Shown here: in pieces, positions 1-7,627 of the stretch
Numbering within the stretch: the stretch's first letter is position 1
Layout: each line of letters opens with the position of its first letter
Source: a virus
Virus record (IMG/VR): IMGVR_UViG_3300045988_058210
Span: 1 to 17,570 of that record
DNA: 17,570 nt
Reading direction: 5' to 3' (one strand)
The notes under the pieces: model-generated
Database searches by the model: none
The model's input: the letters and a program-made list of their open reading frames with translations, nothing else
What the model was told of the DNA's origin: nothing
Translations under genes and position numbers: made by a program

Positions 1-9
1 ATATATATA
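1..9. repeat. Terminal dinucleotide reiteration ATATATATA, mirrored at 17562-17570
   Basis: The sequence begins atatatatag and ends ctatatatat, so both 3' template ends read 3'-TATATATA. This is a short terminal reiteration of the kind protein-primed replicons use for sliding-back or jumping-back. Confidence 0.8.
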
Positions 10-57
10 GTCCGTCCCACGCGGACATTTTCCCAATTTTGTCCGCGTACGGCGGAC
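10..57. promoter_or_regulatory. Two origin-proximal palindromes: GTCCGT-N5-GCGGAC (10-26) and GTCCGC-N5-GCGGAC (41-57); mirrored at 17514-17561
   Basis: Read directly: gtccgtcccacgcggac and gtccgcgtacggcggac, immediately inside the AT terminal reiteration. Calling them a protein-binding or origin element is inference. Confidence 0.5.
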
Positions 58-74
58 AGCACATTGCACAAAAG

Positions 75-107
75 AAACGGTGTCCGCGTGAGAAAGACAC
101 CGTTTTT
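75..107. terminator. Hairpin with flanking A and T tracts (bidirectional terminator-like) inside the ITR; mirrored at 17464-17496
   Basis: The stem is aacggtgtc (76-84) pairing with gacaccgtt (96-104), 9 bp, with an 11-nt loop. It is preceded by aaaagaaa and followed by ttttt. Confidence 0.45.
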
Positions 108-188
108 GCAAACTATTTCATTGCATTTGTTTACTTTTAATACTTATTACAACACATATGCCCGAAAATTTTTATGCATTTTTCCAAC

Positions 189-217
189 TTGACAAAAACG
201 CTTCACCCGACTAAAGT
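189..217 (+). promoter_or_regulatory. Candidate inward-facing sigma-A-type promoter in the ITR (TTGACA-17-TAAAGT); mirror copy at 17354-17382 on the minus strand
   Basis: TTGACA lies at 189-194, then a 17-nt spacer, then TAAAGT at 212-217. The -35 box is perfect but the -10 matches only the TAnnnT positions. Confidence 0.3.
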
Positions 218-337
218 GTTAGTCCAGCCTAATTGTCTATACAATTTCACAAATATTCACGTTTTCCACCCGAATCTCGCACAATTCTTCCGAAATACTT
301 ACTCATTTTGCCCGAAAAGTGGACAAAACCGACCGTT

Positions 338-356
338 TGTCCGCGGGTCGCGGACA
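338..356. promoter_or_regulatory. Perfect palindrome TGTCCGCG-ggt-CGCGGACA
   Basis: Read directly: tgtccgcgggtcgcggaca, with 8-bp arms and a 3-nt centre. It belongs to the GTCCGCG palindrome family in the ITR. Confidence 0.5.
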
Positions 357-373
357 CAACCGAAACGGAAACT

Positions 374-393
374 CACTTTAGTCTGCTAAAGTG
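374..393. other. Hairpin cactttag-tctg-ctaaagtg (8-bp stem); a related copy sits at 830-845, just outside the ITR
   Basis: Read directly. The motif aactcactttagtNNgctaaag occurs at 370-391 and again at 824-845 (ctttag-ttcg-ctaaag). Confidence 0.5.
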
Positions 394-410
394 TCCGCGG
401 GTGACGGACA

Positions 411-622
411 CGGCGCGGACTGCCGTCGGTTATCTATGTGTAACTTTAGTAATCGTGCAGTAACGCTCGGATGTCTGCCAGTGACCGCCGGAGGCGGAAG
501 TGCCGCGCCTGCCCATTCGGGGTCGTCCGCGGCGCGGACTGCCGTCGGTTATCTATGTGTAACTTTAGTAATCGTGCAGTAACGCTCGGATGTCTGGCAG
601 TGACCGCCGGAGGCGGAAGTGC
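411..622. repeat. 93-bp direct repeat pair (411-503 and 530-622, offset 119 bp)
   Basis: I aligned the two copies by hand. They are identical except ctgccag versus ctggcag (2 nt, itself a reverse-complement flip). Each copy contains the small hairpin CCGCC-gga-GGCGG. Confidence 0.9.
525..539. promoter_or_regulatory. 15-bp palindrome GTCCGCG-g-CGCGGAC
   Basis: Read directly: gtccgcggcgcggac. Confidence 0.5.
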
Positions 623-687
623 TTCGCGCGCCCTCCGGGTGACGGACACGGCGCGTCCTTTCCGTCCGCGCCTGCCCGTTCGGGGTC

Positions 688-702
688 GTCCGCTGCGCGG
701 AC
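688..702. promoter_or_regulatory. Palindrome GTCCGC-tgc-GCGGAC
   Basis: Read directly: gtccgctgcgcggac. Confidence 0.5.
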
Positions 703-925
703 TGCCAGTCATATCCTATGAGTCATGTTAGTTATCGCTTGTGATCGTGCGGTTGTCCGCCGATGACCGCCGGAGGCTGTAGCGCTTCGCGCGCCCTCCG
801 GGTGACGGACACTTCGGAAAGGCAACTCACTTTAGTTCGCTAAAGACGCACCTTTTACACATATATTACTTTGATAAACAAACTTTAACATATTAAATTG
901 CAGATGTGTTGTCGGTTACAAAATT

Positions 926-964
926 GCAGACATTCAGACCATGATAAAAGTGTTGAATGTCTGC
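926..964. terminator. Bidirectional terminator-like hairpin downstream of the last late gene
   Basis: The stem is gcagacattca (926-936) pairing with tgaatgtctgc (954-964), 11 bp, with a 17-nt loop. It is followed by atttatttt on the plus strand and by aattttgt on the minus strand, and lies 9 nt past the stop of the 973..2976 gene. Confidence 0.55.
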
Positions 965-972
965 ATTTATTT

Positions 973-2976
973 TCACTCTAAAAGAGTTTTGTTAAAGAAT
1001 TCTACATTGTTACCGTGGGAAGATGAGTTTATATATTGTGTATCAAAAGTGAATGTTAGTATATCATCAACACTATTTTTATGGTTATTAGCAAAAGTAT
1101 TGTTAATAAAAATGATGTTGGCATTAGGTGCATTGTCAGATTTATACATATTTAAGCATTTTGAATTTATGCCAGAAATTCTGCAATCTTTAACTACTAA
1201 AGATTGATTTGGATTAGCTACTGGTGATGTAGGGTAATTGCCATGGCATAAAAGGGTGCCCTGTGAATTTAATTTTTTAGCATTATAAATATCTTCGTCA
1301 ATAGACGTTAATAAGTCGCAGTTTAACAAGTAAATTGTATTATTTAATTGCATACCAGCCCCAAACGCAGGAAAAGTTTCGCTGTACATATAGCAATTTT
1401 CAAATAGAGAAGTTGTAATTTCGCCGTTAGTTACATCATCACAGAGAACAGCGTATGAACCGAGTGTATTTAGCCAGGTAGGGTTACTAACGCCAGCTAG
1501 CACATCTTTTTTCCATGCTGCATATCCTTTTCCGGTATCAGAAGAATATTTGTCAGCGGTTGCAATAAAAGTTAAATTTGCTACATAGCAAGCACCTTGT
1601 ATTCTTAACGGCGCATTGTTAAAGTGTGCAGTAGCGTCTTTAATAACGCAAGTTTCTCTGTTAATTCCAATTAAAGAGACATAATGTTTACCTTTAATAA
1701 AAAGCACTTCTTCGTAAACGCCAGGAAAAACAATAATTGTAATTGGATTTTCTTTACTTTCAATCGCATAAGCGAAATTCAAGGCAGCATTTATGGAAGT
1801 AAACATTTTAGAATTGTCTTTTGATACTGTTAATGTAGTAGAGTTGCTAATAATTTTAACATCGTACTTCTTATCAATACGTTTTGAAAAGCAGAAATAA
1901 TAAGCGTTTTTTGGTATTGGTACAATAGTTTTATTATAAACAGAACTAAGCGTATTAAAGTTACTATCATAAAATGAAACTGTGAACACATTATCATTTG
2001 AAGTAGTAGTGTCGCAAATAATTGTGCCAGTTAAAGCACGTAAGTAAGGTGAGCAGAAATAGTCTTTATTAGAACTCAATTTGCCAGTGTTCCAATTTGC
2101 GTAATATCCAGTAACACCTATCGTTTGCGGAAGAATAATTGTGTTACTAAATGCACCATGATAAAAATTAGTTAATAATTCACTTTGTAAAGTATACATA
2201 GGATTTATGATAGCTTTCATGTATTTTTTAGATGTAACAATAGAATATCTAATAAAATGGGCATCGTCACGTAGACTAAATGCTTTATTAGCGTTAGTAT
2301 AAAAACCATAAATAAATTCTTTGTTTTCATTGTAAGCACATATAAATGTATCAATGCCGCTTTTAACTTGAAGTGATGTTCTAGGCAGAACGGCAATATA
2401 GTCGGAATAACTATAGTCTTTATTTATATGAACTTTACCATCAGCGTCTATATAGTGTTCATCGGTAAAAGTAGTGCCCTCACCTAAGTTTTCTCGAAAG
2501 TAATTATCGTTTGGTGAGAACAAAGAAGAAAGTAATGAGCCGGTCATAAAGGCATCTGCCGCCGCCCCCTGTACCGTCAACGATTTATCAACTGCCGGAC
2601 TAGTCGGATTTGTAATATTAGCAGCAAGCCATTTCGTAGTTTCGTTCGAAATAGTAGGTTTAATAATAGTTAGTAACGTGCCCTCACGCACCATGTTATC
2701 CAGTTTATTGTTAATTTCTTTCTGCACATCTAAGTTGTCAAAGTAAGTATTGACAAATTCATACAATTCTTTGTAGCTTTTTACAAGCGCGTCCTGTGCG
2801 TCAAACATTTCTTTCACAGTCTTAAACAGCACAACAAATTTATTTTCAAGACTCAACGTCCCGTTGAAATCATATGGAATCCCCCGCACACTTTCTACAA
2901 CTTCACAAGCTTGCGTAATCATCTTACCGAAATCTGGCAACGTAGGAAAATCTGGAATCGTTGGTTTCTCTGCCAT
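973..2976 (-). CDS. Tail appendage / receptor-binding protein with a predicted right-handed beta-helix (pectin-lyase-fold) domain; positional analogue of phi29 gp12
   Basis: This 667-aa ORF has the SD AAGGAGGG 6 nt upstream of its ATG. It is the last gene of the morphogenesis block, after the collar genes. The C-terminal half has a pectin-lyase-like signature (ITIIVFPGVYEEVLFIKGKHYVSLIGINRETCVIKD ... LRIQGACYVANLTFIA). The N-terminus carries LTVQGAAADAFMTG, a motif common in Firmicute phage fibre proteins. Confidence 0.6.
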   Translation of the reverse strand: MAEKPTIPDFPTLPDFGKMITQACEVVESVRGIPYDFNGTLSLENKFVVLFKTVKEMFDAQDALVKSYKELYEFVNTYFDNLDVQKEINNKLDNMVREGTLLTIIKPTISNETTKWLAANITNPTSPAVDKSLTVQGAAADAFMTGSLLSSLFSPNDNYFRENLGEGTTFTDEHYIDADGKVHINKDYSYSDYIAVLPRTSLQVKSGIDTFICAYNENKEFIYGFYTNANKAFSLRDDAHFIRYSIVTSKKYMKAIINPMYTLQSELLTNFYHGAFSNTIILPQTIGVTGYYANWNTGKLSSNKDYFCSPYLRALTGTIICDTTTSNDNVFTVSFYDSNFNTLSSVYNKTIVPIPKNAYYFCFSKRIDKKYDVKIISNSTTLTVSKDNSKMFTSINAALNFAYAIESKENPITIIVFPGVYEEVLFIKGKHYVSLIGINRETCVIKDATAHFNNAPLRIQGACYVANLTFIATADKYSSDTGKGYAAWKKDVLAGVSNPTWLNTLGSYAVLCDDVTNGEITTSLFENCYMYSETFPAFGAGMQLNNTIYLLNCDLLTSIDEDIYNAKKLNSQGTLLCHGNYPTSPVANPNQSLVVKDCRISGINSKCLNMYKSDNAPNANIIFINNTFANNHKNSVDDILTFTFDTQYINSSSHGNNVEFFNKTLLE

Positions 2977-2988
2977 TATTATCCCTCC

Positions 2989-3747
2989 TTAATAAAATTG
3001 ATAGAATAACTCTCTGCAATCATCGCAAATACGCTTGTTAAGATTAAGTATGGTATCTCGGAATCTCTGAATTTCTATAGAGTAACTACCGTCGAATCCC
3101 TCATCTTCAATTGTATCATTATTATCTGCATGATACGTGTCATTACTGTTGGTTTTTGTGGTATTCTCTCCATTGCTGACCGCACTGTTATGGATGGTAT
3201 TCTGTCCCCGATCCATCGTAGACGCATAATTCGTTCCGGCAAAATTAATCTGCGGGTTGTCTGAATGAATGTTCTGTGTGTCGTTATTTGTATCAGTTGA
3301 CGTTGTGTTTTTTGCCGTGCTGTCACCGGAGATCACACCTGTTCGTGTATCGTCTTTTGTACTCGTTACTTTTCGTGTACTCTTATGAGTAATCAGCGGG
3401 TTGTATTCAAAAGTAATACTCCGGTACAACTGCTCATAGTATGGCATATTGAGTGTGAGAATCTTTTTTAGATGATATTGAAATTCTCCGACAGTTTCCA
3501 ACCCGATCTGTTCTCGAAAATACTGTAAACAGAACGATTTTTCGAACGCAAGTTTTGCGGTTTCATATTCGGGAGCGGAAGCATCGACATAAAACGGAAA
3601 GTCAAAATTGAAGATGAAAGGAACGGCGGCTTCGATCATCTGATCAATGGTCTGATTTTCAAGTGGTGAAAGTACATGATCGGAAATGACCAACTGCTCA
3701 ATGGTATTCGTCAATGTTTTCGTTTCGTAGTTATAACTAAGAAACAT
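2989..3747 (-). CDS. Lower collar protein (phi29 gp11-like)
   Basis: This 252-aa ORF lies immediately downstream of the portal gene with a TAATG stop/start overlap at 3745-3749. It has the segment YFREQIGLETVGEF typical of lower-collar proteins as I recall them, and an Asn/Thr/Ser-rich central region. Confidence 0.6.
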   Translation of the reverse strand: MFLSYNYETKTLTNTIEQLVISDHVLSPLENQTIDQMIEAAVPFIFNFDFPFYVDASAPEYETAKLAFEKSFCLQYFREQIGLETVGEFQYHLKKILTLNMPYYEQLYRSITFEYNPLITHKSTRKVTSTKDDTRTGVISGDSTAKNTTSTDTNNDTQNIHSDNPQINFAGTNYASTMDRGQNTIHNSAVSNGENTTKTNSNDTYHADNNDTIEDEGFDGSYSIEIQRFRDTILNLNKRICDDCRELFYQFY

Positions 3748-4706
3748 TATTCCACCTCGCTTTCCGGCGTGTTGTTTCCGTTGTTTTCCGGTGTGTCGTT
3801 TTCGTCATTTGTTGTGTTGAAAACATCCGGTCGGTTAATCGGTGTTACCATCTTAGAATTAAAACGTACATGGATATTCAATCCATATCGTTCATTGATA
3901 GCGTCCAATCCTCTTTGAATGGTAGCCAGATTTCCGTTTCTTGTCAACTCGATCTCTCCATCGTTGTAACTCGTTTCCGCGGAAACCAGCCGTTCCGGTT
4001 TTTCTACGCCGCTTGCTTCGATACCGAGATCAGCTAGACATTCTGCTACTTCTCTCTGTGCGGCGGTGTCAAGTTCGTTAAAAATTGGCTGTATTTTCAA
4101 ATCAATGGTATCAATTTGAATCTGTTTTCGCAGATCGTTTTTTGCTTTGATAAACGGAATATTTTTTACCCACTTCTGAATAAAGTTGTCAATGGATAAC
4201 TTCTGCGTAGAATCCCCGCTGATAACAACTGGCGTTCTCTGCTGAATGACGTTTACCCTTGTGGACGCTTTTTTCTCCGCTAGACTCTGCGAATGCAGAA
4301 TAATACTGAGAATTTCCGGTACGGCAAAAGGTCTGGCAAAAATCAACGAACTTTCGTTTTTGTCCGTCTGCTCATAATACTGACCATTCATAGCGTAGGC
4401 AATCCAATCGGTAGGAATTCCGTAAATATCGGGTTCGCCAACCAGATTAACACCGAAAACGCCGAATAGTCCGGTGATTGGTTCTTTTTTGAACAGGCAC
4501 ATTCCCTGCCATAATAGATAGGAGTTGAGCATCCGCGGCGGAATCTCATCCGGTAAACCGTCATACTCATACCGCGATAATGCCAGATTGACAAACTTGT
4601 CAAAAAAGTGCCGGAAATACATTTTTTCTTCCGGTGACGTATTCGGCTTGCTTTCCCAGTGTCCCCACACTTCCTTGTTACTCACCCGATACGGGTTATC
4701 ATACAT
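3747..4706 (-). CDS. Portal / upper collar connector protein (phi29 gp10-like)
   Basis: This 319-aa ORF has the SD AAGGAGGTG. Several segments align with phi29 gp10 as remembered: KPERLVSAETSYNDGEIELT versus [20 protein letters not shown], and INERYGLNIHVRFN versus INELYGLNVKVKFR. Its size is similar to gp10 (309 aa). Confidence 0.9.
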   Translation of the reverse strand: MYDNPYRVSNKEVWGHWESKPNTSPEEKMYFRHFFDKFVNLALSRYEYDGLPDEIPPRMLNSYLLWQGMCLFKKEPITGLFGVFGVNLVGEPDIYGIPTDWIAYAMNGQYYEQTDKNESSLIFARPFAVPEILSIILHSQSLAEKKASTRVNVIQQRTPVVISGDSTQKLSIDNFIQKWVKNIPFIKAKNDLRKQIQIDTIDLKIQPIFNELDTAAQREVAECLADLGIEASGVEKPERLVSAETSYNDGEIELTRNGNLATIQRGLDAINERYGLNIHVRFNSKMVTPINRPDVFNTTNDENDTPENNGNNTPESEVE

Positions 4707-4718
4707 GACATCACCTCC

Positions 4719-6296
4719 TTAATTATTGGAAAGACCATAGTTTCCAACGTCATCCGTGTGCCAGAACGTAACGCCTCGGTTAAACATTGCCTGCAAAAAA
4801 TTGATATCATCGGTAACACACGACCCATGCAGGCTGCAATTAACCGTTTTGACAAAATTCCAGTTTGACCGCCCGGTAATATTAGGTACTTTAATTTTGT
4901 GCGTTGCATATCCGTACATGGTAAAAAAATCGTCGATCGTTTTCGCCATCTGAGCGGTTACACTCATCACATGACAGTAAACTTGACTGCCGAACAATGC
5001 GGTGGCAACATAACTTCCAGATGAATTACCTTTTGCTGTCGGTGGAATCAAATCATGACTTTCTTTTTGTGCGTTAATGTTTTCGTTCAGTAGATATGTT
5101 CCTGTTGCCGCGGTATAAATGCTTTCAACGCCAGCAGCTAAATTTCCGCTTAATGCTCCTACTAATCCTCCGGCTAAATTTCCAATCTGCGATATTGCAT
5201 TCTGCTTTTTGGAGTAGTCCCATAACGGACTAGACTGCGCTAGAAAAGCCTGATAGCCGTCATTTGTCCAGGCACACTGTGGGAAATTATTGATGATAAA
5301 ACCGTATGGGGATTTTGACCCACCATTACGTTTATATTCACGCGGAGCCACAAAGATTGCAGGAATATTAAACATAACGCCATACACCTGCATGGTTAAT
5401 GCTCCATTTTTACCGTATTCGAAATTAAAAGTATGCTGTATTCCCGAACCATCGTTGACCAGACAATAACAATAGGGATACTGATATAGTTTATTATTTT
5501 TCGGGAGATAGCCGTCAAGTGCATCTGGTTTAACGGTTACTTGTGTATAAGCAGATGTATCTGTCTGGAAACAAGCTTCTGGTGCTTGATATACATTAAC
5601 AATCGCATCTCCGTTTCCGCTTTTGACGTACTTCTGGATAACTGTGATTAAGTCCGTATATTTTGTTTTCCGAGTAAATGTCAACCCCGATAAAATTCCC
5701 TGATTGACAATGGGTATAATATTTGTTCCGTTTTCGTCTGCACTTGCACTCAAACAATACTGCATCGGACCGAGATTCAAAAGTCTCTGTTCGCTCGGAT
5801 TGTCCACGTATTCCCCCGTTTCCAGATTTTCTGGCACTAAATTAATTCCGGCATAATCAGCTTTTTTGTCAATATGTTCCCTTTCCACATAGCACGGTTG
5901 AAGTACCACATCGTAAAAACTGTTCTGAAAACGATCGGGTTCGAAATAAATCTTGAAACTTCCGTCACTCAACCATTCTACGCGCGTCACAAAACCGAAA
6001 TACCATTCTTCCGTATAGGGGTTGTTCTGAAAAGCAAGATAATTGCATTTCAGAAATTCACTCTCATTCCCTTTTCCTTTATAAGTCAGTTCTCCCCATC
6101 TCACGGGCGCGGATTGCTTAAAAATATGGATTGCTTTTTCTCTTACGTGCGCCAGACAGCCAGCTTTTCCGTCGTTATAATATCTTACGTGTTCGTAATC
6201 ATTTCCCCATTCGATACCACTAGCCAAAATAACCGTGGTCTGCGGGGAAACCGCCGCCACATCTTCCTGTGGCGGCATCGGAATGAAATTATCCAT
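4719..6296 (-). CDS. Tail knob / distal tube protein (phi29 gp9-like)
   Basis: This 525-aa ORF has the SD GAGGGTGG. ILASGIEWGNDYEHVRYY and NYLAFQNNPYTEEWYFGFVTRVEW...IYFEPDRFQN parallel phi29 gp9 ILADVPFSNDYKNTRWF and SYIMFQNADYGNKWFYAFVTELEF...VHFEIDVLQT. It sits between the capsid and portal genes. Confidence 0.88.
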   Translation of the reverse strand: MDNFIPMPPQEDVAAVSPQTTVILASGIEWGNDYEHVRYYNDGKAGCLAHVREKAIHIFKQSAPVRWGELTYKGKGNESEFLKCNYLAFQNNPYTEEWYFGFVTRVEWLSDGSFKIYFEPDRFQNSFYDVVLQPCYVEREHIDKKADYAGINLVPENLETGEYVDNPSEQRLLNLGPMQYCLSASADENGTNIIPIVNQGILSGLTFTRKTKYTDLITVIQKYVKSGNGDAIVNVYQAPEACFQTDTSAYTQVTVKPDALDGYLPKNNKLYQYPYCYCLVNDGSGIQHTFNFEYGKNGALTMQVYGVMFNIPAIFVAPREYKRNGGSKSPYGFIINNFPQCAWTNDGYQAFLAQSSPLWDYSKKQNAISQIGNLAGGLVGALSGNLAAGVESIYTAATGTYLLNENINAQKESHDLIPPTAKGNSSGSYVATALFGSQVYCHVMSVTAQMAKTIDDFFTMYGYATHKIKVPNITGRSNWNFVKTVNCSLHGSCVTDDINFLQAMFNRGVTFWHTDDVGNYGLSNN

Positions 6297-6312
6297 GTTT
6301 CCACCCTCTTAC

Positions 6313-7623
6313 TTAATCGGTCGTAAAGTGAATGTTTGCCGTTATGGAAGATTTGTACCGACTGGTAATCACAACTTTCACGCTTGTTTCTGCGTTTGCT
6401 TTCTGTTTAAGATTCTTCTCATCTTTTGCGATTCGAAGAATGGTTGTTCCCGGGATGACAAACGTATCAGCGGAAGAGTTACCCACTACTTTTACATCGA
6501 CTGCTTTATCGGCTACTCCACTTGACTCAACAGAAAAATTTCCGCCAAAGTCAACATCTGTTCCGGCTTTCACCAGTCCCACGTTATGTGCGGTAATGGA
6601 AGAAACAAGAACCGGCTCGGTCGTAAACACGATGATCGGATAAAACAGGGAATAAGAGAACATCTCTTTTACTGTATACGTACTGTTCCAACGCAGTCCG
6701 CGATTAACGTTATCCTGTACCATCATGCGATACTGTTCGCGGATTTTGAAGAACCGCTTGTCAACCAATACTGCTACAATACTCTCAGCATCGTTAAAGT
6801 TATCAATTAACACCTGCTGTGCTTTCGGAATCATCCGATCTAAATTGTAAGCACTTGCGTAGCTGTCAACATTCATAGCCGCTTTGGTGTCAGGGTCGAC
6901 AAACAAAAGAATGGTATCTTCTTTTGCCGCCGATGTCGCGCCAGCGAAATTATACAGCGGGTTCGGGAACTGAATCTTGTCGATGTAACTCTGAATCTGT
7001 TTTGCAAGTGCGTTCGCGGATGCCTGATTCGTAACCGCCTCCACATGAACCGGGTAAATCTGACCAGCGCGCTTTGCGGATGCGATCAACTCTTTCGCTG
7101 TCGTAAATTCATCCCAATTGCAAGCGGAAACGACACTTTCCACTTTTGCCTGCACGAGACTGCGCAAACCGTAATCATCGAGAAACGCGCCGCGCATATC
7201 CTCAAACCAGATCGTCACCGGATAATCGTTATTAAAATTGATTACATGATACAGCGCCATAATGTAGCTGTCATAAATGGCGGTCGCATCTTCGATGCTG
7301 ATATTGGCATCGTGCGCGTAACCCTGTGCAAAATTTACGTAGACTTCCTGTTCTCCGTTTCCATACGGCATGGCGTTACTGTTCAGTACACGCAGAGGAT
7401 TTCGGAACGCTTCGGTACTGATGGATTGACTGGCAATCAGATTTACCAGCGCAGGAACCAGTTCGTTCCGCGCCATCGGATTGTAAGGGTCGGTTAATGT
7501 TTTTGCAATATCGGCAATATTTTCACGAGTTGCTACCGGAACTCTGTCACGGTAGTCAACACTCATCGTCTGCCGAACGGCGTTCAGCATATTAATATTT
7601 GTCATATCTAATTTTTCTGCCAT
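6313..7623 (-). CDS. Major capsid protein (phi29 gp8-like) with a C-terminal Ig-like domain
   Basis: This 436-aa ORF has the SD AAGGAGAG. NMLNAVRQTMSVDYRDRVPVATRENIADI parallels gp8 [29 protein letters not shown], and AVLVDKRFFKI...RGLRWN parallels AVLVDKDWFMV...RGLYWN. The C-terminal roughly 90 aa is beta-rich (VDVKVVGNSSADTFVIPG..), like the BIG2 domain of gp8. Confidence 0.9.
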   Translation of the reverse strand: MAEKLDMTNINMLNAVRQTMSVDYRDRVPVATRENIADIAKTLTDPYNPMARNELVPALVNLIASQSISTEAFRNPLRVLNSNAMPYGNGEQEVYVNFAQGYAHDANISIEDATAIYDSYIMALYHVINFNNDYPVTIWFEDMRGAFLDDYGLRSLVQAKVESVVSACNWDEFTTAKELIASAKRAGQIYPVHVEAVTNQASANALAKQIQSYIDKIQFPNPLYNFAGATSAAKEDTILLFVDPDTKAAMNVDSYASAYNLDRMIPKAQQVLIDNFNDAESIVAVLVDKRFFKIREQYRMMVQDNVNRGLRWNSTYTVKEMFSYSLFYPIIVFTTEPVLVSSITAHNVGLVKAGTDVDFGGNFSVESSGVADKAVDVKVVGNSSADTFVIPGTTILRIAKDEKNLKQKANAETSVKVVITSRYKSSITANIHFTTD

Positions 7624-7627
7624 TGTT

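Larger units (their letters stand above)
503..813. repeat. Degenerate tandem unit of 163 bp (503-650 versus 666-813)
   Basis: Segment 503-544 matches 666-707 with 2 mismatches. Segment 601-649 matches 764-812 except for a 5-nt patch (ggaagtgc versus ctgtagcgc region). The central 57 bp has the same length in both copies but has diverged. Confidence 0.8.
1..816. repeat. Left inverted terminal repeat (ITR-L), 816 bp
   Basis: Bases 1-60 are the exact reverse complement of 17511-17570. I also checked 721-816 by hand against 16755-16850. Identity stops at 816/16755: the left side continues gaaagg and the right side (reverse complement) continues cggtgt. ORF-track translations for 174-731 are identical to their mirror ORFs in several overlapping frames, which implies nucleotide identity there. 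Confidence 0.95.

Noticed and set aside
121-150. Second ITR promoter candidate TTGCAT-17/18-TTATTA/TATTAC
   Set aside because: The -10 hexamer lacks the conserved TAnnnT pattern at either spacing, which is too weak to report.
174-731. Five overlapping ORFs inside ITR-L (174..389, 233..463, 391..582, 446..712, 471..731) and their mirror images in ITR-R (16840..17397)
   Set aside because: None has an SD sequence. They overlap each other in several frames and on both strands. Their translations are Arg/Ala/Gly/Pro-rich low-complexity text typical of GC-rich non-coding DNA, and they track the tandem repeats. I treat them as non-coding.
390-816. CRISPR array or CRISPR-mimic interpretation of the ITR repeats
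   Set aside because: The repeat units are 93-163 bp with degenerate cores. They are not 24-48-bp identical repeats separated by unique spacers, and no cas genes are present.
5874-6326. Plus-strand ORFs of 60-158 aa scattered through the late and early genes (for example 5874..6326, 7045..7497, 7748..8095, 10468..10944, 941..1207, 13064..13339)
   Set aside because: Each lies antisense within a minus-strand gene that has strong motif support. None has a credible ribosome-binding site, and there is no coherent plus-strand operon.
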